NCBI GenBank assembly: GCA_963719225.1
Contig: CAVRAY010000001.1
Span: 928,001-992,000 of the forward strand
Length of the DNA stretch: 64,000 nt
Reading direction: 5' to 3'
DNA from: Thermoanaerobaculia bacterium
Lineage (GTDB): Bacteria; Acidobacteriota; Thermoanaerobaculia; UBA5066
Below the pieces are notes generated by a model that was given only the letters and a program-made list of their open reading frames with translations, made no database searches and had not been told where the DNA came from. The position numbers and the translations under genes were made by a program. Below, piece by piece: positions 46,402 through 55,025 of the stretch (positions within the stretch are counted from its first letter, which is position 1; each line of letters starts with the position of its first letter).

Positions 46402-47369
46402 GCTTCCCCCTCCATCGCTATCGCCGGCTCCGCCACTCCGAGAGCCTTCGAACTCTCGTGCGCGAGACGTCTCTCTCGCCATCCGACTTCATCGCGCCGC
46501 TCTTCGTCGTTCCGGGGAACGGCGTGCGCCAGGCGGTGCTGTCGATGCCGGGGATCGACCGCGTGTCCCCGGAGCTGGCCGCGAAGGACGCGAAAGCGCT
46601 CGCCTCGCTCGGAGTCCTCTCGGTGATCCTGTTCGGGATCCCCGAGGACAAGGACCCGACGGGCACGTCGTCCGCGGACCCCGAGGGCCCGGTCTGTCGT
46701 GCCGTGCGGGCGATCAAGGCCGAAAGTCCGAAGACTGTCGTGATGACGGACGTCTGCCTCTGCGAATACACGGACCATGGCCACTGCGGCGTCATCGCGC
46801 ACGAGACCGTCGACAACGACGCGACGCTCCCGATTCTCGCGGCCGAAGCGCTCGCGCATGCGAAGGCCGGCGCCGACGTCGTCGCCCCCTCCGACATGAT
46901 GGACGGGCGCGTCGGCGCGATCCGCGCCGCCCTCGACGGGTCCGGCTACCGGGACGTGGCGGTTCTCGCGTACGCCGCGAAATACGCCTCGGGCTTCTAC
47001 GGCCCGTTCCGCGAGGCTGCCGAGTCGACGCCCTCCTTCGGCGACCGCCGCGCGTACCAGATGGATCCGGCGAACGTGCGCGAGGCGATCAAGGAGGTCC
47101 TCTCGGACGTCGAGGAAGGCGCGGACCTCGTCATGGTCAAGCCCGCGCTTTCGTATCTCGACGTCGTGCGCGCCGCCAAGGAGGCCACGAACGTGCCGGT
47201 CGCCTGCTACAACGTCTCGGGTGAGTACGCGATGGTCAAGGCCGCCGCGCAGAACGGCTGGATCGACGGCAAACGCGTGACGCTCGAGATCCTGACGTCC
47301 ATGAAGCGCGCGGGCGCGGATTTGATCCTGACGTATCACGCGAAGGAGGCCGCTGAGTGGCTGGCGTGA
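46398..47369 (+). CDS. hemB: Delta-aminolevulinate dehydratase (porphobilinogen synthase)
   Basis: 'DVCLCEYTDHGHCG', 'APSDMMDGRV', 'MVKPAL', 'YNVSGEY'. Confidence 0.97.
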   Translation: MSFPLHRYRRLRHSESLRTLVRETSLSPSDFIAPLFVVPGNGVRQAVLSMPGIDRVSPELAAKDAKALASLGVLSVILFGIPEDKDPTGTSSADPEGPVCRAVRAIKAESPKTVVMTDVCLCEYTDHGHCGVIAHETVDNDATLPILAAEALAHAKAGADVVAPSDMMDGRVGAIRAALDGSGYRDVAVLAYAAKYASGFYGPFREAAESTPSFGDRRAYQMDPANVREAIKEVLSDVEEGADLVMVKPALSYLDVVRAAKEATNVPVACYNVSGEYAMVKAAAQNGWIDGKRVTLEILTSMKRAGADLILTYHAKEAAEWLA

Positions 47370-48691
47370 CCCGGAAGCGTGTTCGCAGAACTTCCCAGTC
47401 CGAAGCCCTTTTCGCGCGCGGCCGCGCGCGCATGCCGGGCGGCGTGTCGTCGCCCGTGCGCTCGTTCGCGTCCGTGGGCGGGAATCCGTTCTTCGCCAAG
47501 AAAGGCCGCGGCGCCACGCTGATCGACGCGGACGGCAACCGCTACGTGGACTGGGTCATGTCCTACGGCCCGCTCGTCTTCGGCCACGCGTACGGCGCGG
47601 TCCTTTCCGCCGTGAGAAAGGCCCTACCGCGCGGCACCTCCTACGGCGCGCCCACGCGGGGCGAGGTCGAGCTGGCCGAGCGCGTCACGAAGGCGTTCCC
47701 GTCGATCGAGAAAGTGCGCTTCGTGTCCTCGGGGACGGAAGCCACCATGAGCGCTGTTCGTCTCGCGCGTGGCGCCACGGGCCGCGATCTCGTGGTGAAG
47801 TTCTCGGGCTGCTATCACGGGCACGCGGACTCGTTCCTCGTGTCGGCGGGCTCCGGCGTCGCGACGCTCGGCATTCCCGGCTCGCCCGGCGTGCCCGCGT
47901 CTCTCGCCGGCCTCACGTTGACCGCGCGGTACAACGATCTCGCCTCGGTCGAGGCCCTGTTCGCCGCGCATCCGAAACGCATCGCGGTGATCGCGGTCGA
48001 GCCGGTGGCCGCGAACATGGGCGTCGTCGCGCCGGCGCCGGGATTTCTCGAAGGCCTTCGCGCGATCGCGAGTCGCGAAGGTGCCGTGCTGCTCTTCGAC
48101 GAGGTCATCACGGGCTTCCGCCTCGCCAAGGGCGGGGCCCAGGAGAAGTACGGGGTGCGGGCCGACCTCACGTGCCTGGGCAAGATCCTCGGAGGCGGGC
48201 TCCCCGTGGGCGCGTACGGCGGCCGCGCGGACCTCATGGCGAGAGTCGCGCCGGACGGTCCTGTGTACCAGGCTGGGACGCTCTCGGGGAACCCGCTCGC
48301 GATGGCGGCCGGGAAGGCGATGCTCGACTCCCTCACGCCGTCGGTCTACGCGAAGCTGGAGAAATCCGCGGTGGAGCTCGAGCGCGGAATGAACGCCGCC
48401 GCGAGAAAGGTCGGCGTCGAGGATCGCGTCGTGATCAATCGTGTGGGATCGATCCTCACGCCGTTCTTCACGAAAGGTCCGGTCCTGAACTTCGACGACG
48501 CGAAGAGATCCGACCTCGGGGCGTTCCGCAAGTGGTTCCACGCGCTCCTCGGCGGCGGCGTCTTCGTCGCGCCGGCCCAGTTCGAGGCCATGTTCGTGTC
48601 GACCGCGCACACGCCGCGCGACATCGCGGCTACGGTGAAAGCGCACGAAGCCGCGCTCAGGGCGGCGTTCGACGCGACGGCCGGCGGTTGA
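47357..48691 (+). CDS. hemL: Glutamate-1-semialdehyde 2,1-aminomutase
   Basis: 'MPGGVSSPVRSF', 'SSGTEATM', 'FDEVITGFR', 'GKILGGGLPVGAYGG', 'YQAGTLSGNP'. Confidence 0.97.
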   Translation: MAGVTRKRVRRTSQSEALFARGRARMPGGVSSPVRSFASVGGNPFFAKKGRGATLIDADGNRYVDWVMSYGPLVFGHAYGAVLSAVRKALPRGTSYGAPTRGEVELAERVTKAFPSIEKVRFVSSGTEATMSAVRLARGATGRDLVVKFSGCYHGHADSFLVSAGSGVATLGIPGSPGVPASLAGLTLTARYNDLASVEALFAAHPKRIAVIAVEPVAANMGVVAPAPGFLEGLRAIASREGAVLLFDEVITGFRLAKGGAQEKYGVRADLTCLGKILGGGLPVGAYGGRADLMARVAPDGPVYQAGTLSGNPLAMAAGKAMLDSLTPSVYAKLEKSAVELERGMNAAARKVGVEDRVVINRVGSILTPFFTKGPVLNFDDAKRSDLGAFRKWFHALLGGGVFVAPAQFEAMFVSTAHTPRDIAATVKAHEAALRAAFDATAGG

Positions 48692-49956
48692 CGGACCCGC
48701 GCAACGCTCTTCTCGAGGAAGCCCGGTCCCGCGACCGGGACGACCCGCTCGCGCTCTTTCGGGACGAGTTCGTGATCGACGATCAGGGCCCGCTCTATCT
48801 CGACGGGAACTCGCTCGGCCGCCTTCCGAAGCGCACGGCCCCGGCCCTGGAGAGCCTCGTGCGCGCCGAATGGGGCACGCGGCTCGTACGCGGGTGGAAC
48901 GAGGGCTGGGTGGACGCGCCGCGGCGCGTGGGCGACAAGCTCGCCCGGCTTCTCGGAGCCGGTCCCGGCGAGGTCGCGGTCTCGGACGCGACGAGCGTGA
49001 ACCTCTTCAAGCTCGCCGTCGCGGCGCTTCGAGCGAGGCCCGGCCGGAAGACGATCGTCACGGACGCGCTGAACTTCCCCTCCGACCTCTACGTCCTCGG
49101 TGGCGCTGCGGAACTCCTCGCCTCCCGGGTCATCGTCGTTCCCGCGCGCGACGGGATCGCGGTCGAAACCGCCGCCCTCGACGAGGCGATCACGGAAGAT
49201 ACGGCGCTCGTCGCGCTGTCGCACGTGGCATACCGGAGCGGCTATCTCCACGACATGGCGCGGGTCACCGCGCTCGCCCACGCCGCGGGCGCGCTCGTGC
49301 TCTGGGACGTGAGCCATTCCGCGGGAGTCGTCCCGATCGAATTCGACGCTTCGGGCGCCGACCTCGCCGTGGGTTGCACGTACAAATACCTGAACGGCGG
49401 GCCCGGATCTCCGGCGTTCCTCTACGTGCGGCACTCTCTCCAGCAGGAGCTCGTAAACCCGATTCCCGGCTGGTTCTCGAGGCACGAGCCCTTTTCGTTT
49501 CACGAGAGCTACGAGCCCGCGCGCGACCTGTCGCGGTTTCTCGTGGGCACGCCGCCGATCCTTTCCCTGGCGGCTGCGGAAGCGGGAGTGGATCTCGCGC
49601 TCGAGGCTGGGATCGGGCCGGTGCGCGAGAAGTCGATGGCGCAGGGAGAATTCCTCGTCCGTCTCTGGGCGGCGTTCCTCGAGCCGCGCGGCGTGACACT
49701 CCGTTCGCCGCGGGAAGATTCGCGGCGTGGCTCGCACCTCTCGTTCGGTCACGCGGAAGGCCTCGCGATCGACCGCGCCCTCGTCGACGAGATGGAGGTC
49801 GTAGCGGATTTCCGGCCGCCGGACGTGATCCGCTTCGGCTTCGCGCCTCTTTACACGCGCTTCGTGGATCTCTACGAGGCGGCCGACCGTTTCCGGCGGG
49901 TGCTCAGCGAAGAGATCTGGCGGAAGCACGCGGGCGCAGGACCGGCCGTCACCTGA
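48688..49956 (+). CDS. kynU: Kynureninase
   Basis: 'DPLALFRDEF', 'YLDGNSLG', 'FPSDLY', 'WDVSHSAG', 'GCTYKYLNGGPG', 'RGSH'; TTG start overlaps the hemL stop. Confidence 0.93.
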   Translation: MTDPRNALLEEARSRDRDDPLALFRDEFVIDDQGPLYLDGNSLGRLPKRTAPALESLVRAEWGTRLVRGWNEGWVDAPRRVGDKLARLLGAGPGEVAVSDATSVNLFKLAVAALRARPGRKTIVTDALNFPSDLYVLGGAAELLASRVIVVPARDGIAVETAALDEAITEDTALVALSHVAYRSGYLHDMARVTALAHAAGALVLWDVSHSAGVVPIEFDASGADLAVGCTYKYLNGGPGSPAFLYVRHSLQQELVNPIPGWFSRHEPFSFHESYEPARDLSRFLVGTPPILSLAAAEAGVDLALEAGIGPVREKSMAQGEFLVRLWAAFLEPRGVTLRSPREDSRRGSHLSFGHAEGLAIDRALVDEMEVVADFRPPDVIRFGFAPLYTRFVDLYEAADRFRRVLSEEIWRKHAGAGPAVT

Positions 49957-49962
49957 CGAGAG

Positions 49963-51651
49963 TCACTCGAACCAGCCGACGACGTCGAAGATCGCCTGGA
50001 CCGAGCCGCTGGCGAGTCCGTCCACGAGGATGTCGCCGCTCGTGCCGAGTCCGACGGTCACGTTGTTCGCGCGCGTCTGGCCGGCTTTGAAGCTCGCCGT
50101 CGTCGTGCCCGTCGGGCCCGTCCCGCCCGGCGCGACCCGAAGCGACCCCGGAGCCGTCGGCGTCGTGACGGTCAGGTTGCCGGCGATCGACTTGGCCGTC
50201 AGCGGCACGCCGCACCGGCCCCTGATGACGAAGGAGCGCGACACGCCCGCGGAGATCGCCGGCCCTCCATAGGCCCCGCTCGCATTTCGCGTGTCGAAGA
50301 CCCTGCAGGGCGCGAGCGTGTGGAACGTCGACGCGGATGGCGGAGGCGAGGCCTTGGTGTAGTCCACCTGCACCGTGAGGGAGGTGGCGGTCTTCGAGAG
50401 CGTCGTGATGGTGAGAAGAAGCTCGGGATCGGTGAAGGTCTTTCCGGCATCGAGCTCGGAGTCGTCGAAGGTGGACGTCGGGGGCGTCATGTCGAGGAGG
50501 TCGGCCCCGCCGACGGCGCTCGGCGCGAAGCGGACCAGGCCCCCGTTCAGAATCGTGGCCGGCTCCCCGGCGTCGAAGCCCGTGCGGTTCCGCCACTCGA
50601 TCCAATAGGTGCGTCCGGCCATCGTCGTCGGAATCTTGACCGCGTACAAGGATTGCCCGGGTGCTTCGAGAGCGCCCAGCGTATACGTCGCCGAGCCGCC
50701 CGGGTGCACGCGCACGCTGCCCCCCGGCAGCCAGCCGAACGAGTCCTTGAACTGCGCGTTGAAGTGTCCGGCGCGTGAGTTGCCCATGACGTCGAAACGG
50801 TCGCCGTACTCGCCGCGCGTACAGCCCGAGGGCGCGATCGTGGTCGCGCCGCAATCGTACGAGTGGGCGTGCAGGACGCCGAAGTTGTGGCCCAGCTCGT
50901 GGGACGCGACGAGCAGACCCCACGACCCCGACGGCGCGCCATTGATCCACGAGCCGCCGCCGCCGACGTACCCGAGGCCGGCCCATCCGCAGGCGCCGAT
51001 CGAGGGGAAGACCCAGACCGGGAAGTTGTAGTTCGCGGGGTCCTTGCCGGCGGCCTTGGCCCGCGCGTTCGCCTGGGTCTGGATCACGCTGGTGTCGCAC
51101 GTCGTGGGCTTGGCGACCGTGGCGGTCACGAGGACGACGTCGCCGGTCATCGACGTGAGTCCGTACGACGCCTCTCCATAGTAGTTCGCGACGCTCGAGC
51201 CGGCTCCGAAGAAGAGGCTCTGCGTGTTCGTGACCGTCGTCGCCGTGAAGGAGCTGTCGTTCGTGAAGTTCAGGAGGATGACGAGGACCCGCTTCGCTCC
51301 GACCGTCCAGGCGCTGAGGGCCTGGTGCGGGGGAGGAGACGCGAGGGCCGCGTGCGGGGGCGGCGCCGGCTCGACCTCGTCGACCTCGAAGCCCCCGGCC
51401 CGGGGTCGTCCGTGAACAGCGATGCGGTCTCCCGTTCGGAGCCCTTCGGGCCGCTGGGCGAACCGAAGGCGGAGGATTTCCTCGTCGTCCGTTCGGAGCT
51501 CGTATTGGAATTCGGCTCTCTCGTTCAGGAAATCACAGGCCACGAGGATGGAGAGAGTGCCCGTCTTCAGGAAGGGATCGTCGGCCCGGGCGAGGGACCC
51601 CGGGATCGCCACGAGCGAGAGGGCGAGGAGCGCGATGAGGAAACGCTGCAT
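49963..51651 (-). CDS. Secreted metzincin metalloprotease (M11/gametolysin-like) with C-terminal surface-protein domain
   Basis: 'HELGHNFGVLHAH', Met-turn 'EYGDRFDVMG'; C-domain 'FHTLAPCRVFDTR...DVVGWF'. Confidence 0.8.
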   Translation of the reverse strand: MQRFLIALLALSLVAIPGSLARADDPFLKTGTLSILVACDFLNERAEFQYELRTDDEEILRLRFAQRPEGLRTGDRIAVHGRPRAGGFEVDEVEPAPPPHAALASPPPHQALSAWTVGAKRVLVILLNFTNDSSFTATTVTNTQSLFFGAGSSVANYYGEASYGLTSMTGDVVLVTATVAKPTTCDTSVIQTQANARAKAAGKDPANYNFPVWVFPSIGACGWAGLGYVGGGGSWINGAPSGSWGLLVASHELGHNFGVLHAHSYDCGATTIAPSGCTRGEYGDRFDVMGNSRAGHFNAQFKDSFGWLPGGSVRVHPGGSATYTLGALEAPGQSLYAVKIPTTMAGRTYWIEWRNRTGFDAGEPATILNGGLVRFAPSAVGGADLLDMTPPTSTFDDSELDAGKTFTDPELLLTITTLSKTATSLTVQVDYTKASPPPSASTFHTLAPCRVFDTRNASGAYGGPAISAGVSRSFVIRGRCGVPLTAKSIAGNLTVTTPTAPGSLRVAPGGTGPTGTTTASFKAGQTRANNVTVGLGTSGDILVDGLASGSVQAIFDVVGWFE

Positions 51652-51759
51652 GGGATACCCCTAAGAGTGATCCGGCTCGGGAAGGCGTTGCTCAGCGGAG
51701 CATACCTCTTTTCGAACAGCGAGGGGGCAAAAACCTCGTGACCTTGTACCTCCGAGTAA

Positions 51760-51788
51760 TTTGATGCAACTGAATCAAAGCGTTGCAT
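51760..51788. promoter_or_regulatory. Operator-like dyad upstream of the cytochrome operon
   Basis: TTTGAT-gcaactga-ATCAAA plus overlapping ATGCAAC-N11-GTTGCAT; near-copy at 60539-60556. Confidence 0.55.
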
Positions 51789-51889
51789 GGCACCCGGCCC
51801 CTACCCTGAGCACGGATGAAAGCAACCATTTCTCGCGAACTCGCGTTCGTTAACGTTTTTCACATTCTTTTCCGGTAAGGAGGCTGACG

Positions 51890-54091
51890 ATGTCACTGGT
51901 ATCTCGCACGGCTCTCACGTTCCTGGCTGGTCTCGTCGCGGTGCCAATGACACCCGTGACGCGGACGAGCCCCACGAGCTCCCCGGTCACGCGACAGGCG
52001 ACCCCCGGAGCCTACGACGCGACCCAGAAGGAGTTCTACCTCGCGTCGGATCAGACCACCTGGATCCGCCCGGGGTACGTCATCAAGGTAAATAGCGTCA
52101 CGATCGGAAGCGACCGCAAGCCCGTCGTGGACGTGAACGTCACGGATGGCGTCGGTCAACCCATCGATCGCCTCGGCGTTCTGACGCCGGGTCCGACGGG
52201 AACGAGCTTCATCGCCGCGTGGTGGGATCCCGCGAAGCGTTATTACACGGCCTACACGACCCGCACCGCGACGGCGGCTGCTCCGGCCGATCCTTCGAGG
52301 ATCGGAACCACGGCGATCCAGGCCGGCACGGACACGGGCGGCAAGTTCACGGATCTCGAGACGGGGCATTTCAAGTACACGTTCGGGACCGCGCTTCCGG
52401 CCGGTTTCGACCAGACGAAGACGACCACGATCGCGATCTACGGCAACCGCGTCATGCCGGCCGACATCCTCGGCGGCAAGAGCTATACGGCCAACATCGA
52501 ATTCGACTTTCGGCCCGACGGCGCCGCGGTCGTCGACAAGTGGGACAAGATAAACCAGGCGACGAGCTGCAACAACTGTCACGATCCGCTCTCGGCCCAC
52601 GGCGGCTCCAGGCGTGACGTGAAGCTCTGCATCCTCTGCCACCAGCCCCAGACGGTCGATCCCGACACCGGCAATACCGTCGACATGAAGGTCATGGTCC
52701 ACAAGATCCACGCGGGCGAGCGCCTTCCGAGTGTCGTCGCGGGAACGCCATACGTGATCATCGGGAACTCCCAGTCGGTTCACGACTACTCTGACGTCAA
52801 GTACCCGCAGGGGGATACCCGCAACTGCGCGTTCTGCCACGAGGGGACCGGGGCCGCCTCCACCAAGCCGACTCAGGCGTCCGTGTGGTACTCGAACCCC
52901 TCGGTCGCGGCCTGCGGTTCCTGCCACGACGACGTGAATTTCACGACCGGCGCGAACCACACCTCTGCCCCTGGCGGTCTTCCCGCCGCCGACGGAACGT
53001 GCGCGACCTGCCATCAGCCCCAGGGCAACTTCGAGTGGGACGCCGGCATCAAGAACGCCCACGTCACCCCCCTTAAGTCCGCCCAACTCAAGGGCTACAA
53101 GGCGTCGATCGTGTCCGTTACGAACGCCGGCCCCGGCAAGAAGCCGACGGTGACGTTCAAGCTCCAGAACGGCGACGGAACGCCAGTCGACCCCGGCTAC
53201 TTCAAGGTCGCGGCGAACGGCACCGTCAACATCCTCCTCGGCGGGCCCACGTCCGACTACACGAACTCCGGCGAAGCCGCGGCCGGCCAGCCTTTCCGCG
53301 AGGCCGCTCAGACGGCCACGTATAACGCGACGACGGGCGTCGCGACCTACAATTTCACGAACGCGATCCCCGCCACGGCGAAGGGGACGTATGTCGCCTC
53401 GATCGAGACGCGCCGCGCCGTCACGCTGAATCCCGCGCCGAGAGTAGGCTCGGCGACGATCAACGAAGGCGCCCCGAACCAGCCGTTCTACTTCGCGGTG
53501 ACGGGCACGTCGGCCACGCCGCGCCGGACGGTCGTCTCGCTCACGAAATGCAATGCCTGCCACGACCGCCTCGACATCCTCTTCTCGCACGGCAACCAGC
53601 GCATCGCGATCGAGCACTGCGTCATCTGCCACAACCCGAACGGGAGCGACATCGGTCGCCGCCCGGCGGACCACTCGCAGGACCCCGGCGAGTCGATCGA
53701 GTTCGCGCGCATGATCCACCGCATCCACACGGGCGCAGAGCTGGCCCAGGACTTTACGGTCTTCGGGTTCGGCGGCGGCTTTACCAACTTCAACGATGTC
53801 GGGTACCCCGGCGACCGGCGGAACTGCCTCGCGTGCCACGTGAACGCGGCCAGCTACGCGCTCCCCCTCCCGATCACGAACCAGCCGGTCGTCACCGAGC
53901 GTGACTTCTTCTCGCCGCGCGGCTCGGCCACGGCCGCGTGCACGGGCTGTCACGACAGCCGCGACGTCGCCGCCCACGCGTTCCTGAACACGGCTTACTT
54001 CCCCGGTTCCCCGACCGTCCCGGCCGAGGCCTGCGGAACCTGCCACGGCACCGGAACCGATCTCGACGTCGCGAAAGTTCACGCGCGGTAA
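51890..54091 (+). CDS. mtrC: OmcA/MtrC-family decaheme c-type cytochrome
   Basis: 10 CxxCH motifs in two clusters of five separated by beta-rich domains; 'HGGSR', 'MVHKIHAG', 'MIHRIHTG', 'YPG..RNCLACH'; RBS AAGGAGG. Confidence 0.88.
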   Translation: MSLVSRTALTFLAGLVAVPMTPVTRTSPTSSPVTRQATPGAYDATQKEFYLASDQTTWIRPGYVIKVNSVTIGSDRKPVVDVNVTDGVGQPIDRLGVLTPGPTGTSFIAAWWDPAKRYYTAYTTRTATAAAPADPSRIGTTAIQAGTDTGGKFTDLETGHFKYTFGTALPAGFDQTKTTTIAIYGNRVMPADILGGKSYTANIEFDFRPDGAAVVDKWDKINQATSCNNCHDPLSAHGGSRRDVKLCILCHQPQTVDPDTGNTVDMKVMVHKIHAGERLPSVVAGTPYVIIGNSQSVHDYSDVKYPQGDTRNCAFCHEGTGAASTKPTQASVWYSNPSVAACGSCHDDVNFTTGANHTSAPGGLPAADGTCATCHQPQGNFEWDAGIKNAHVTPLKSAQLKGYKASIVSVTNAGPGKKPTVTFKLQNGDGTPVDPGYFKVAANGTVNILLGGPTSDYTNSGEAAAGQPFREAAQTATYNATTGVATYNFTNAIPATAKGTYVASIETRRAVTLNPAPRVGSATINEGAPNQPFYFAVTGTSATPRRTVVSLTKCNACHDRLDILFSHGNQRIAIEHCVICHNPNGSDIGRRPADHSQDPGESIEFARMIHRIHTGAELAQDFTVFGFGGGFTNFNDVGYPGDRRNCLACHVNAASYALPLPITNQPVVTERDFFSPRGSATAACTGCHDSRDVAAHAFLNTAYFPGSPTVPAEACGTCHGTGTDLDVAKVHAR

Positions 54092-54103
54092 CGAGAAGAG
54101 GCC

Positions 54104-55015
54104 GTGAAACACCTCTCGCACGGGGCTTTTGCCGCCGCCGCCCTCGCCGTACTCACGGCGGGGGTCGCGGTGGCCCAGGCTCCGGCCAGTCCGGCCCCCG
54201 CGAAGGTGGAGGCCGGCCCCGCGTGCGCCGACTGCCACGACGAGGCCAAATTCTTCGCGGGTAATCCCCACATGCGGGGCTACAAGGCCGCTCACGACGG
54301 AGCGGCCGGTAACGCGGTCTGCGCCACCTGCCACGGCGACGGGACCAAGCACATGGAGGCGGGAGGGGACAAGTCCCTCATCAAGAGCCTCCAGGGCCGT
54401 TCCGGCGCCTCCCAGTGCGCGACCTGCCACAAGCAGTCCGCGGAGCGTTCGTCCTTCAGAACGGGCGTTCACGCGTCGTCCGAGGCGGTCAACTGCCTCT
54501 CCTGCCACTCCATCCACAAGTCCGACCCGAAGCAGGCCACCCTGCTCAGGTCCGAGCCGACGAAGCTGTGCGCGACCTGCCACCAGGACGCGGCCTCGCA
54601 GTTCCGGACGTTCCCGTATGCGCACAGGCTGAAGGAGGGCGCGCTTTCCTGCGTGTCCTGCCACGACCCCCACGGCCGCTCGGCCAAGCACGCGGTGAGA
54701 GAGACGAGAGCCGGAGAGCCGGGCTGCGTCTCCTGTCACGCGGAGGTCCGCGGTCCTTTCGTCTTCCCGCACGTCAACGGCGTCGCCGGCGACTGCACGA
54801 GCTGCCACATCCCGCATGGCTCCTCGTACCCCCACCAGCTGCAGCGCGCGACGATCGCCGCGCAGTGTCTCGAGTGTCACTCGACGCTCTCGGCGGGGAC
54901 CCTGGGCTCGCAGCCGCCTTCTTTCCACAACATCTCGCTGCCGCGCTACAAGAACTGCACGACGTGCCACGTCGCCGTGCACGGTTCCCAACGCTCGCCG
55001 CAGCTCCTGAAGTAA
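54104..55015 (+). CDS. mtrA: MtrA/DmsE-family periplasmic decaheme cytochrome
   Basis: Signal peptide, 10 CxxCH motifs in 303 aa, 'CHAEVRGPFVFPH', 'CHIPHGS', 'CHVAVHGS'. Confidence 0.92.
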   Translation: MKHLSHGAFAAAALAVLTAGVAVAQAPASPAPAKVEAGPACADCHDEAKFFAGNPHMRGYKAAHDGAAGNAVCATCHGDGTKHMEAGGDKSLIKSLQGRSGASQCATCHKQSAERSSFRTGVHASSEAVNCLSCHSIHKSDPKQATLLRSEPTKLCATCHQDAASQFRTFPYAHRLKEGALSCVSCHDPHGRSAKHAVRETRAGEPGCVSCHAEVRGPFVFPHVNGVAGDCTSCHIPHGSSYPHQLQRATIAAQCLECHSTLSAGTLGSQPPSFHNISLPRYKNCTTCHVAVHGSQRSPQLLK

Positions 55016-55025
55016 GGACAGGCCG

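Noticed and set aside
51761-51778. Canonical FNR box upstream of mtrC
   Set aside because: TTGAT and ATCAA are separated by 8 nt rather than 4, so it is reported as an unknown operator instead
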